In this document: one piece after another, positions 1 to 9,356 of the stretch | Layout of the letters: the number at the start of each line of letters is the position of its first letter | Position numbering within the stretch: position 1 is the stretch's first letter | Origin: Limnochordia bacterium | Lineage (GTDB): Bacteria > Bacillota > Limnochordia > DTU080 | DNA length: 64,000 nucleotides | NCBI GenBank assembly: GCA_050951545.1 | Contig: JBMNJG010000007.1 | Location: 320,001-384,000, forward strand | Direction: 5' to 3' | Program-made: the position numbers and the translations under genes | The notes under the pieces: model-generated | What the model was told of the DNA's origin: nothing | Seen by the model: only the letters and a program-made list of their open reading frames with translations | Databases searched by the model: none

Positions 1-133
1 CATCACGATCACCTTCTGTATCGGTTTTGCACAAAGAGTTCGGGGTGCCCGTGATGCTAACCTGCTGGATGGATGTTGGGCGCGTTCGTGGAGCCTATTC
101 AAAGGTGCCCGATGCGTGGTAATAATGAAATAA

Positions 134-160
134 GAAGGTGTGAACCTTGCAAAGAAGAAA
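134..160 (+). promoter_or_regulatory. SigH-like promoter motif (GAAGG-N18-GAAA) upstream of the first SBP gene
   Basis: Matches the AGG-N18/19-GAAT-like spacing that recurs about 13 times before transcription units in this window. Confidence 0.45.
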
Positions 161-164
161 AATC

Positions 165-204
165 ATAGTGACATCACGTTGCAAAAGGGCGTTGATGTGA
201 CTAT
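165..204 (+). promoter_or_regulatory. Imperfect 12-bp inverted repeat in the 5' leader (operator or RNA hairpin)
   Basis: ATAGTGACATCA...TGATGTGACTAT (1 mismatch), immediately before the RBS GGGAGG. Confidence 0.45.
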
Positions 205-219
205 CGGGAGGTGTTCTGA

Positions 220-1503
220 TTGCGGCGTGTATTGATTGTACTCTTACTGCTATGCGTCTTAGGTACTGCGGGCAACACTCAGGCGGCAGGCGTGTCCGCA
301 GCCAAGCGTGAAGTAGTCGTGTGGATGTGGACAGCTCATGTGACTGATCTTTACAACACCTGGCGTGAGAAAATCACTGCTTGGTTTGAGGAGGATCATC
401 CGGAAGCTACTCTGAAGTTTGAGTTCGTGCCCAACTCGCCAGATAAGCTGCTCACAGCCGCAGCCAGTGGGGTGGTGCCCGATGCAAGCTTGGCGTCCAT
501 CAACTACGCCCGTGATCTGTACGAGGCCGGAGCACTCACCGACCTTGACCGCTATGTAGCCGACACTCCGCATCTGACGGAGGAAAACTTCATGCCAGCC
601 TCCTGGATATTCTGCCAGAAAGACGGCCACACGTTTGGCATACCCTGGGGATTGGAGGTTGCGGCAGTACTGTATAACCGCGAACACGTGGCAGAGGCGG
701 GTCTTGACGAGCGTCCCGAGGCTCTGAAGACCTGGGATCATCTCGTCCGGCATGCCCAGCGACTGCGGCAGATCGGTGCGGACGGTAGGATTACTCGTAG
801 CGGGTATGTCTCCTCCTTCAACCGGGTGACGTTCGCCAGCTACCTCTACTCTAACGGAGGCGAATTCTACAATGCTTCCGGTTCGCAGGTGGCCTTCAAC
901 ACCGAGCAGGGAACCCAGGCCTTGCAGTTCATGTACGACTTGGACAAGCGATATGATATTAAGGCTCCAGGAGCAGGTACGGCCACCTTGCCTAACAGAA
1001 TGTCATCCATGGTGTACTGGGAGACCTCCGCGATGAACTGGGGCATTGAGCCAACAGCCCCGGATTTCGCTCAGTGGCTGCGGATGGCCCCTATTCCTGT
1101 CGGGCCACAGGGAACCACGCCCAGCGGAGTGGGTTGGGGCAACATGTTCGTGATTCCTCGAGGTGCGAAGAATCCAGAACTGGGCTGGGCAGTGATTTCT
1201 GTGTGGATGCGCCCGCAAGTCCAGGTGGAGAGTTTCATACACTACGGATCGGTGAAGGCTAGTTCGTCCCGGCGTGACTTCTACAGCAGCCCCACCTTCG
1301 CTCGCGCGATGCGATCGATGCCGCTTTTGGCGAGTATTCCTACTATCTTGACCTACGCCAAGCCGTACCCCTACATCCGCTTCCCTGAGATCAACAGACA
1401 GATGGCGCCGTTGTTCTCGCAGGTCTTGGCAGGCACGATGGCTCCAGCTACCGCGTTAGCTGAGTCTGAACGCATTGCCAACATCGTACTAGCCGCGGAA
1501 TAG
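220..1503 (+). CDS. ABC transporter sugar-binding protein (extracellular solute-binding family 1)
   Basis: Signal peptide; motifs ASGVVPD, FGIPWG, LYNREH, KTWD, IPRGAKNPELGW; RBS GGAGG before TTG. Confidence 0.9.
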   Translation: MRRVLIVLLLLCVLGTAGNTQAAGVSAAKREVVVWMWTAHVTDLYNTWREKITAWFEEDHPEATLKFEFVPNSPDKLLTAAASGVVPDASLASINYARDLYEAGALTDLDRYVADTPHLTEENFMPASWIFCQKDGHTFGIPWGLEVAAVLYNREHVAEAGLDERPEALKTWDHLVRHAQRLRQIGADGRITRSGYVSSFNRVTFASYLYSNGGEFYNASGSQVAFNTEQGTQALQFMYDLDKRYDIKAPGAGTATLPNRMSSMVYWETSAMNWGIEPTAPDFAQWLRMAPIPVGPQGTTPSGVGWGNMFVIPRGAKNPELGWAVISVWMRPQVQVESFIHYGSVKASSSRRDFYSSPTFARAMRSMPLLASIPTILTYAKPYPYIRFPEINRQMAPLFSQVLAGTMAPATALAESERIANIVLAAE

Positions 1504-1529
1504 CAAACGTTTGATGGTCTAGTGATCTA

Positions 1530-1575
1530 CCCCGGGGAGAGCTAGCGCCCTTGACATGGCTCCCCGGGGCCTTTT
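1530..1575 (+). terminator. Probable intrinsic terminator or attenuating hairpin after the SBP gene
   Basis: CCCCGGGGAGAGC...GCTCCCCGGGG followed by CCTTTT. Confidence 0.55.
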
Positions 1576-1720
1576 CGCGCTCGAGATAGGCACCCTGCGC
1601 CTCGGTGGCGACTGTTCTGCAGGCACATTGGCAGGGAATGGGAAGGAGGTTTCGCCTGCGGACGGAACAGAAGGATGGAGCCCATCGCTAGAGGGCGATG
1701 TAATATGAGGAGGATTCTAG

Positions 1721-2572
1721 ATGAGACTTGTCGGCTTGACCCTGCCCTATTCGAGGTATCCATTTGACCGAGCTCTGGAAGGTATCGCGCGCGCGGGTTA
1801 CAAGTTCGTGGGTTTTGGCTACAACCATGCTGGAAGCCCGGTGCTGGCCCCAGATGCCTCAGAGCAGCAACTGGACGAGCTGGCCAAGCAGTTTGCTGCA
1901 CATGGTCTGACGCCCGGTCTGTTGTGGGCAGGTGTCAGGGTTATGGGAGATGACGGGGTACAGCTGATGAAGCGGCGGTTGGACATGGCTCGCCATCTTG
2001 GCATCAAGGTGGTTACAAGTTCGGGCTTCGATGTGGAGATCTCACCGGATGTACCGCTGTCAGACCCGGCAACGCCGGAGCCGCATCGTGAGTACGTACG
2101 CCGCATGCAACAGGTGGGTGACTATGCGGCTGAGCAGGGGCGCACGGTGATTATCAAGCCTCACGGTGGCAACACCGGAACCGCGGCCAGGCTTCTAAAG
2201 ACGCTTCGAGACATCAATCGGCCGACAGTGCAGGCCTATTACGATCCAGGGAACGTCCACTTTTATGAAGGCATAGATCCGGCCGCAGATATTCGGCTTC
2301 TGGAAGACTCCATGCCCGCACTGTGTGCCAAGGATCATCGCGGTGCAGCACGTGAGATGGACTTTCCCGTGCCTGGAGAAGGCGATGTCGATTTCGCTGC
2401 CGTCTTTGCGCACTTGCTCGAGACAGGCTTTGACGGATGGGTCAGCGTGGAGCGTGTCGATGTAACCGATCGGGGGCCCATCGCTCCTGAGGTGTTGGAT
2501 GAGCGCATGGCGAGGGCGCGTAAGAACCTGTCGGCTCTAGCGAAGGGCGCCGGTTTCCAGCAAGTGGAGTAG
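1721..2572 (+). CDS. Sugar phosphate isomerase/epimerase family (xylose isomerase-like TIM barrel, AP endonuclease 2 fold)
   Basis: IKPHGG, YDPGN, AKDH, PGEGDVDF and SVER metal-binding pattern; RBS GAGGAGG. Confidence 0.85.
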   Translation: MRLVGLTLPYSRYPFDRALEGIARAGYKFVGFGYNHAGSPVLAPDASEQQLDELAKQFAAHGLTPGLLWAGVRVMGDDGVQLMKRRLDMARHLGIKVVTSSGFDVEISPDVPLSDPATPEPHREYVRRMQQVGDYAAEQGRTVIIKPHGGNTGTAARLLKTLRDINRPTVQAYYDPGNVHFYEGIDPAADIRLLEDSMPALCAKDHRGAAREMDFPVPGEGDVDFAAVFAHLLETGFDGWVSVERVDVTDRGPIAPEVLDERMARARKNLSALAKGAGFQQVE

Positions 2573-2670
2573 GAGGCAGTTTTCATCACAGTACGCGTGT
2601 CGGCGGCCAACCAAGCGCGGATCGCTGATTGGTATCCGTAACACGATTATCTGAGGAGTGTGATGCTGAA

Positions 2671-3690
2671 TTGGCAGGTGACCAGAGACTAAGGGTAGCC
2701 ATTATCGGGTGTGGAGGTGTTGCCAGGGCCCACGCGACCGCCCTGGCGAGTGTTCCGGAGACGGAGCTGGTGATCACGGTGGATCTCGATAAGGAGCGGG
2801 CCAAAGAGACTGCGCAGCTCGTAGGAACCGAGGTGCGGTGGTCGCAGGACGCGGATGCCGTGCTAGCGGATCCCAACGTAGATGCGGTAGCCGTGCTACT
2901 ACCCAATCATCTCCATGCGCCCATTACCCTCGGTGCCTTGCGTCAGGGAAAGCATGTTTTGGTAGAGAAGCCGATGGCTCTGACATTGGCGGATTGTGCA
3001 GCCATGATTCAGGAGGCGGAAAGACAAGGTCTTCATCTGGCTGTAGGGCAAGTGCTGCGTTTCCGCAATGCACTGGTGTTCGGGCGACAGGTTGTTGCTG
3101 GTGGCGAACTCGGACAGCCTGTCAGCTCTGTTCGACGCCGCTACGCTAGGCGTGGTTCGGCAACCCAGCGCCCTTGGGATTTTGACACGAAGACCTCGGG
3201 TGGTCTTCTCTATGGGAACGGGTCCCATGAGATGGACGCGCTTCTGTGGATGGTAGGGGCCCGCCCCGTGGACGTGTATGCCCACGGGGGTTTTCTTGCT
3301 GGAGAGGATAGGAGTCGTGGACCTACTGAGCTGACAGTCGTGGTCTCCACAGACCAAGGCGGATCTCTTACGCTGCTGATGAGTCGGGGCATGAGTCAGG
3401 GTGCATGGGATCATTGGGTGGTTGGCACCGAAGGCGATCTGTATCTCGCTGGCAATAAGGTAACAGTCAATGGTACCTCTCATGACCGACCTCTGCAATC
3501 AAATGAGGACTTTTATAACGAATGGGATGACCTAGCTAGTGCCATTCGGGAGAATCGTCCTTCGGCCGCCGATGCTCGTTCCGTCTGGGGCACCATGGTC
3601 GCTTTGGAGTGCGCGAAGCTTTCCATTCAGGGTGGTCGTCAGGTGAGAGCAGCGGAAGTGGACTCATGGGAGCTGTACAAACGTAAGTGA
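2671..3690 (+). CDS. Gfo/Idh/MocA family NAD(P)-dependent oxidoreductase
   Basis: IIGCGGVA Rossmann motif, LPNHLH, VEKP, SGGLLYGNGSHEMD; TTG start at 2671 chosen from the RBS (ORF track starts at 2629). Confidence 0.9.
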   Translation: MAGDQRLRVAIIGCGGVARAHATALASVPETELVITVDLDKERAKETAQLVGTEVRWSQDADAVLADPNVDAVAVLLPNHLHAPITLGALRQGKHVLVEKPMALTLADCAAMIQEAERQGLHLAVGQVLRFRNALVFGRQVVAGGELGQPVSSVRRRYARRGSATQRPWDFDTKTSGGLLYGNGSHEMDALLWMVGARPVDVYAHGGFLAGEDRSRGPTELTVVVSTDQGGSLTLLMSRGMSQGAWDHWVVGTEGDLYLAGNKVTVNGTSHDRPLQSNEDFYNEWDDLASAIRENRPSAADARSVWGTMVALECAKLSIQGGRQVRAAEVDSWELYKRK

Positions 3691-3709
3691 ATGCCACAGA
3701 GGAGGGCGT

Positions 3710-4720
3710 ATGATGCTGAATGTGGCTATACAGGGGGCAGGGAATGTCTCCACGGAACACATTAAGGCTTATCAGAACAACCCACACACGCGTGTGGTGG
3801 CCATCGGGAGTAGAACCCTGGAGGGTGCGAAAAAGAAGGCTGCAGCCACGGGTGTGGATTGCGCCGTGTACGACAACTATGAGGAACTGCTTAAGCACCC
3901 CGGGCTAGACATCATCTCCATATGTACGCCACCCCATCTCCACGCCCAGGAGTGCATTCGAGCTGCGGAATCCGGGATTCATGTGTTGGTTGAGAAGCCT
4001 GTTGCTCTTAACCAAGAAGACGTGGAGGCTATGGCTGCCGCCGTGCGCAAGGCGGGTGTGAAAAGCGCAGTGGGGTTCGTGCTGCGATGGAACCCGCTGA
4101 TCCTCACGATCAAGAAGGCGGTCAGCGATGGTTGGGTGGGCCGGCCGCTCCTGGTGCAGGCAGACTATTGGCATGGCCCGCAAAACCTGCGTCCAGCGGG
4201 CGTTCAACGCAGTTGGGAGGTTTTGGCTGGCGGGGCGATGGTGCAGGGCGGTTGTCACGCGATGGATGCGGCCCGCTATGTGTTGGGCAACGAGCGCATC
4301 GCTCGGGTGAGTGCCGTCTGCCCGGAAGCCGAGACAAAGGCGGCCAAGCAGCAAACGACTGTGTCAACAGTCACTTTTGCTGGCGGGGCCGTAGGGAAGG
4401 TTTCAGCTGGGCAACGCTTCTATATGCCTTATGTGTTCAACATCGAGGTCTTTGGCGATGAAGGGAGCATTCGCAACAACCGCTTCTACTCTAAGCAGTG
4501 GCCTGGTCAACATGACTTTCTTACCTTGCCGACCATCGTGCCCGAGAGCGGAGATGTAGATCATCATCCCTTCCGGGGGCTTATCGACCATCTCGTCGAA
4601 TGCATCCAGACAGATACGGAGTCGCACAACAGCCTGGAGGTTGCAGTCAATACACACGCCGCATGCTTCGCAGCTGAACACTCAGCTGCCCATGGCTCAG
4701 TGCCAGTGACGCTTTCTTAG
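3710..4720 (+). CDS. Gfo/Idh/MocA family oxidoreductase
   Basis: IQGAGNVS, TPPHLH, VEKP, GCHAMD; paralog of the 25806 gene. Confidence 0.9.
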   Translation: MMLNVAIQGAGNVSTEHIKAYQNNPHTRVVAIGSRTLEGAKKKAAATGVDCAVYDNYEELLKHPGLDIISICTPPHLHAQECIRAAESGIHVLVEKPVALNQEDVEAMAAAVRKAGVKSAVGFVLRWNPLILTIKKAVSDGWVGRPLLVQADYWHGPQNLRPAGVQRSWEVLAGGAMVQGGCHAMDAARYVLGNERIARVSAVCPEAETKAAKQQTTVSTVTFAGGAVGKVSAGQRFYMPYVFNIEVFGDEGSIRNNRFYSKQWPGQHDFLTLPTIVPESGDVDHHPFRGLIDHLVECIQTDTESHNSLEVAVNTHAACFAAEHSAAHGSVPVTLS

Positions 4721-4779
4721 GCGGTAGGAGAAGCGGAAACTAGCGGAGTGATCAGATGAAGGCTGGCTCAGCGAAGGGA

Positions 4780-4810
4780 TGGCCGTCCGGGGGTCTTGCC
4801 CGGGCGGCCA
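4780..4810. terminator. Bidirectional terminator hairpin between convergent genes
   Basis: TGGCCGTCCGGG-loop-CCCGGGCGGCCA. Confidence 0.65.
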
Positions 4811-4845
4811 CCTGTTCTTCATGGAAGTGAACGACAGCTGCGGTG

Positions 4846-6096
4846 CTATTTCAGCAGGCTGTTCAGACTACGCTCAATCTCGGTAACCAGCCACTGGCTG
4901 CTCTGACCACCTTGCATGAAGCGGTTGACCATGGGGGTGATGGCATCCATGGAACTCTGCCACTGCAGGAAGAGGGGTCGAGCCGCCCTCTGCATGTCCT
5001 CCAGCCAGACCTGCTGGTTGTGCGGCGGGGTGTCATTCAGAAACCTGGTTGAACGCAGCAAAGACATGAGGGCGGGGACGATGCGCCCTGAGGCCATCTC
5101 GATGCTCTGGCCTTCCGGTCCACCAAGCCACGAAAGAAACTTCCACAATGCATCCGGGTCACTGCCCGTATCAAAGGCCATCCATCCCGATCCCCCATGT
5201 TCCGGCCGTCTCACACGGGCGGTGGGGAAGGGTCGAATATCCCAAGAGAACTCAGCCGTACTGCGCAGATTGGGTACTTCATAGCGACCGCTGAAGTAGG
5301 TGGCCGCTTGGCCCTTCTGAAAGGTCGCAGACTGGCCGAATGGCGGAAGTACCTGATGTTGCAGGCGCAGATCGCGAACCCAATCGAGCGCTTCCATGAC
5401 TTTGGGGTCGTTGGCCGTGGACTTCGTCGGAGTGCGGTAGTGATCCCAAAGCTGCCCGCCGAAGATCTGTACAGCCGCTGACCACCCAAAGCCCGCAGCC
5501 AGAAACTGGTCAGACACGCCGTCACCGTCTAGGTCCCGGGTTACCCGGCGGCCCAGCTGGAGGTACTCATCGACAGTAAGAGGGACCAGGGGGTCCGGAA
5601 TGGGCACACCTGTCTTGTCGAGCATGTCCGTGTTGATGTACATCGATACGGAAGTGAAGTCCCGTGGAATGGCGTACAGCTTGCCACCAAACGACAGAGA
5701 ATCTAAGACGATGGGCACGAAATCGCGCTCTCGCAGACCGCCAGGTCGGTTGAAGAATGGCTTCAGATCGGTCAAGACTCCCATGTCGATAAAGGGCGGC
5801 AGAAACTGATAAGCAACGAGCGCCACGTCTGGGGCCGTGCCACCGATGGCCATCACCGTCAAGCGGTCGTAGTAGCCACGTCCACTAGAAGTAGGCAACA
5901 GCTCCACCGCGATGTCTGGATTCGCCTGTTCAAACGCTCGTGCTGCCTGCACGATGCCTTCGTTCATCTCGAAGGTTCCAGCAAAGGCTAATGTGAGTTT
6001 GGTTTTTGCGGCAGACAACGGTGACGTGATTGACACCAGCAACCCGATGACCAACACGTAGTAGAAATAACCTCTCTTCTGTAAGTAGGCGTTCAC
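4846..6096 (-). CDS. ABC transporter sugar-binding protein (family 1)
   Basis: Signal peptide without lipobox; GGTAPDV, LYAIPRD, DLDGDG loop, FQKGQAA; start overlaps the lyase stop (GTGA). Confidence 0.9.
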   Translation of the reverse strand: MNAYLQKRGYFYYVLVIGLLVSITSPLSAAKTKLTLAFAGTFEMNEGIVQAARAFEQANPDIAVELLPTSSGRGYYDRLTVMAIGGTAPDVALVAYQFLPPFIDMGVLTDLKPFFNRPGGLRERDFVPIVLDSLSFGGKLYAIPRDFTSVSMYINTDMLDKTGVPIPDPLVPLTVDEYLQLGRRVTRDLDGDGVSDQFLAAGFGWSAAVQIFGGQLWDHYRTPTKSTANDPKVMEALDWVRDLRLQHQVLPPFGQSATFQKGQAATYFSGRYEVPNLRSTAEFSWDIRPFPTARVRRPEHGGSGWMAFDTGSDPDALWKFLSWLGGPEGQSIEMASGRIVPALMSLLRSTRFLNDTPPHNQQVWLEDMQRAARPLFLQWQSSMDAITPMVNRFMQGGQSSQWLVTEIERSLNSLLK

Positions 6097-8795
6097 TGTG
6101 CAGTCACCCCATTTTCATCTTGTGACACGGGAAGGATAGCTCCCGATTGGACGCGGTAGCATTCGAGACCGTCACGGGTCTCGATACAGATGCGTAGATC
6201 CTCCCCCTGTTCTTCTACGTGCACACCCTTGATGGAAGGCGTGCTATCCAGGTCGAAGATCGATACATACCAGGCGTCTGCTCTTTGCTGCCTGACGAGG
6301 AGCATGTCCATGGTCTCGGCTGGTGAAACCCCAGGGCCGGCAGCTGTGAGAAGCGTGTATGGGGCGCTGACACACAGATGCAGGCGGATCTGTATCCCTT
6401 TGTCGTCCCATTCTGCGTTGCTCACATGTCCTTGAGCACGTTCATAGGCAATGACGTCTTGTAGATTCCCATACGCTGGCGATGAGGCTCTCAGCTCGAT
6501 GGGTTCACTCTCGCTTTCCTCATCCCGGCCTTTGATATGTAGCTGGCCAGTGTTGCGGTAGACCCAGTCGTAGACATGCTCCCGATCTGATCGCAGGCGG
6601 TCTACAACGATTAGCCGATCTTTCGCCAGCCCTACGCTTCTTTGATGCTCTACGTTCGGGTAGCTATCGCTCACGGTTGCCGCGGCGCCAGCGAAGTGGT
6701 TGCTCGACTCCCACCAGTCGAGTTTGCCACCCATGGAGTTACGCTGGGACTGTCCGTCGACCACGACTGTGTTATGAGCAAGCGTCTGCTTGTACCACGT
6801 GGCGTACAAAGCCGCTCCGTAGGAGGGCGAGCCCAGATCAGGTGAAACGGCCTTCCCTCGCGCATGCAAGGAGAAGGAGAGCTTGTCAGCATGGCCATGG
6901 GGTCCACTGTGGGGGCCGTACTTGAACAGAAGATAGTTGCGTCCCACGCGCAAAGCGGCGAGTCCTGAAGCCTCATAGAGCAGGTTTCCCCTGTTGCCCA
7001 GATTGGCGGCTGGCTGTGATGTACGCAAATCGTCTGGACCATAAAGTAGCGCTTCGAGGCTGTCACGCTGCTTTCCCATGTACTGATAAGCCAAGCTCAA
7101 CAGGTTCATGAATTTCGGTTCAGCGAAGAGCGCGTATCCGAATTCGTACAACCCGAGGGTACTGCTACTCACGATGCTCGCAGCGCCGCTATCATTAAGC
7201 CGTGGCAGGTTCAATTCAGGATCAAGCAAGCCTAAGGGTGCCTCGAACATGGCCTTTACTGGACTGAGATCACCGACGGGGTAGTCGGCCGCCAGCAAGC
7301 TCATCAACAAGTTCTTGAAGGCGTTCAGCGTGTAGAAGTGATAACCCATAGAGCCTTCCCACCACAGGCCGTCCTCGCGAATGCCCAGCAACTGCTGCTC
7401 AAACCCTGAATACCAGTTGGAGAGGGCGTAGCGGACCAGCGGTTCGTCATTGAGCAACAGCCCGAGGGTAGTCAAGGCCGCGTTCTGCCATGCATGAATG
7501 TTGCTAAGGGTAATCCAGGTCTGCGGCTTGAGAAGATCGGCGGCTGTACGAAACAGGTTGGTCTCTATCTGTGTCTCCTGGTCTGGCGTGAGCAGAGAGT
7601 GATCTCGGATGAGATCGTAGGCTCGCGCCAAGGGCAGTATCCAAACCGCCTCATCAAGAGCCTGCACGTGTATTCGGCCTTTGCCTACGAATTGCTCTAC
7701 CGAGCCGCCGCGTCCTTTGACTTCCATGCGGGGGTAGAGGTCTGCGTAGTCGCACAGTATAGCCGCAGCAGCCTCCCCATATTCGGCTTCTCTGGTGAGG
7801 GCGTAGACCAAAGCCAGCGTCTGCGCTGCCTTGGAGATCCGATCGTGAGTAATGGATCGCCACACCCCGTCGTAGGGCTCTCCGCTAAAAAACGTGTCAT
7901 CGATAGGACTGCGATGCTCGTGTGGACGCTTCGGATCGTATACCAGACGCGTCCCATGGCGCGGGTCGACGTAGTCGTGGCCGTATGCGGTCGAACCCTC
8001 TGGGACGCTGAGAGGATCTCTTAGCCAAGTGTCAGCTTCACCTTGTAGACGATGGAGCAGCAGTCGGGCCCAATGGAGCGTTTCTGTGCGCTGACGGGCG
8101 CGCTCGAGCTGAGCGTCACTAGCAAATACGTGACGGCGCGCCTGTGAGGTTTGGGCCGTGGTCTCAGTAAACATGATGCGTTCCCCCGAGGCACTGCGAG
8201 GCGTTATGGCTGCCATTGGTACGAAACGGAGCTCTCGAATGTGCAGCTCAGCACCAGGCCGTGTAGTAGTGAGAAGAAAGAAAACCGCCTGGCGGTCCTC
8301 GCTTTTCTCGCCCCAATTGTCTGCATTGGGCTGGCGCAACGGTAATACGGCAGGCGTCCATGTGCCCACGACTGGCGGCGCTGCGACGCTCCATTGTGCT
8401 TGCATGCCGCCATATAGAGGGTAGTCCTGTAGTTTGAGCTCAAGCAGTGTGGGATCGCCTCCGACGATCTTGTACTCGAAGGCCACCCAACCGTAATCGG
8501 CAGCTTCCACTTCTACGTCGTAGCCGTCGAAGCGGTACAACGCATATCTACCCGGCTTATCTAGACTCCAGACCATGGCCTTGCATTTGTCCTGATCTGT
8601 TTCTACTCTTAGCGCACCAGTTTGGGCCTGCCAGGAGCCAATATCGTCGAGTGTCTCGATCAACACGGAGCCTTCCTCAAGGTCTTCGGCCAGTGCCACC
8701 CCCATGATGAGAAGCGAACACAACACAACTGACAACAGGGCACCGAGTCCGCGCTCCATCCTCTTGCGAGCGTCCGCTCGGCAGATCTGAGGCAC
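6093..8795 (-). CDS. Secreted heparinase II/III-family, alginate-lyase-like polysaccharide lyase with an N-terminal CBM-like beta-sandwich
   Basis: Signal peptide; SNIHAWQN, DGLWWEGSMGYHFY, HGHADKLSF, HNTVVVDG; GTG start at 8795 chosen from RBS GGAGGT (ORF track starts at 8900). Confidence 0.8.
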   Translation of the reverse strand: MPQICRADARKRMERGLGALLSVVLCSLLIMGVALAEDLEEGSVLIETLDDIGSWQAQTGALRVETDQDKCKAMVWSLDKPGRYALYRFDGYDVEVEAADYGWVAFEYKIVGGDPTLLELKLQDYPLYGGMQAQWSVAAPPVVGTWTPAVLPLRQPNADNWGEKSEDRQAVFFLLTTTRPGAELHIRELRFVPMAAITPRSASGERIMFTETTAQTSQARRHVFASDAQLERARQRTETLHWARLLLHRLQGEADTWLRDPLSVPEGSTAYGHDYVDPRHGTRLVYDPKRPHEHRSPIDDTFFSGEPYDGVWRSITHDRISKAAQTLALVYALTREAEYGEAAAAILCDYADLYPRMEVKGRGGSVEQFVGKGRIHVQALDEAVWILPLARAYDLIRDHSLLTPDQETQIETNLFRTAADLLKPQTWITLSNIHAWQNAALTTLGLLLNDEPLVRYALSNWYSGFEQQLLGIREDGLWWEGSMGYHFYTLNAFKNLLMSLLAADYPVGDLSPVKAMFEAPLGLLDPELNLPRLNDSGAASIVSSSTLGLYEFGYALFAEPKFMNLLSLAYQYMGKQRDSLEALLYGPDDLRTSQPAANLGNRGNLLYEASGLAALRVGRNYLLFKYGPHSGPHGHADKLSFSLHARGKAVSPDLGSPSYGAALYATWYKQTLAHNTVVVDGQSQRNSMGGKLDWWESSNHFAGAAATVSDSYPNVEHQRSVGLAKDRLIVVDRLRSDREHVYDWVYRNTGQLHIKGRDEESESEPIELRASSPAYGNLQDVIAYERAQGHVSNAEWDDKGIQIRLHLCVSAPYTLLTAAGPGVSPAETMDMLLVRQQRADAWYVSIFDLDSTPSIKGVHVEEQGEDLRICIETRDGLECYRVQSGAILPVSQDENGVTAQ

Positions 8796-9019
8796 CTTGC
8801 ACCCACCTCCACAGCCAGAATTTGCAGAAAACGAATAGAACAAAGCAACAAATACGTCGTGACCTCGCTTGCTTCCTGATGGCCTAATGGCAAAATACAC
8901 CGAGTCACTTCCTGTTTTTCATAGAGTTCGAGAGTCGGACGGGGCGGTTTCCTTGGGCGGGCTGATGAGAAATCGTTACATAGATGAATGACGACACCTT
9001 GCTTAAGCATGTTGTTCCT

Positions 9020-9049
9020 ATTATAGCAGAAGTTCTCAGCCAGCATCAA
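9020..9049 (-). promoter_or_regulatory. SigmaA-type promoter (TTGATG-N18-TATAAT, extended -10 TGn) facing the lyase-SBP unit
   Basis: Reverse-strand consensus match; palindrome TGCTTAAGCA at 9000-9009 just downstream. Confidence 0.5.
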
Positions 9050-9356
9050 TGCAACTCCGGCTGGGGAAAGGCTTCCTTCCTCCGTGCCACCGCGGAAACA
9101 CCTGTGGGTTGTTACGAACTGCCTCCAATAGGGTCAAGGTTTCTTCCTGCGCTTTCTATCCACGCGAAGACGAGCGAGGAATTGGAGTTGCCCTTGCCGT
9201 GTCCTGAAGCCTGGCAATTAGAGATCGGGTAGGCAAGAAGAAGGAAAATGGTCTGGAGTGGTCAAATGCGTAGACGGGGAAAGAAAACGGAGACATGCGT
9301 GGTTGGCGGCCGACATGTCCGCACCGCATTGCTTCATTTTGCAGGGGGGTATCTTG

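Noticed and set aside
3-122. 3' end of an upstream CDS (…VGRVRGAYSKVPDAW*)
   Set aside because: Only 39 codons are visible and the frame and function cannot be established
8968-9009. LacI/cre-like site GAAATCGTTACA, and TGCTTAAGCA as a shared operator with 35133-35145
   Set aside because: Poor fit to the 14-bp cre consensus; the two palindromes have different half-site spacing and could be chance
8984-9232. 82-aa ORF in the divergent intergenic region
   Set aside because: No convincing RBS or motif, and it overlaps predicted promoter elements
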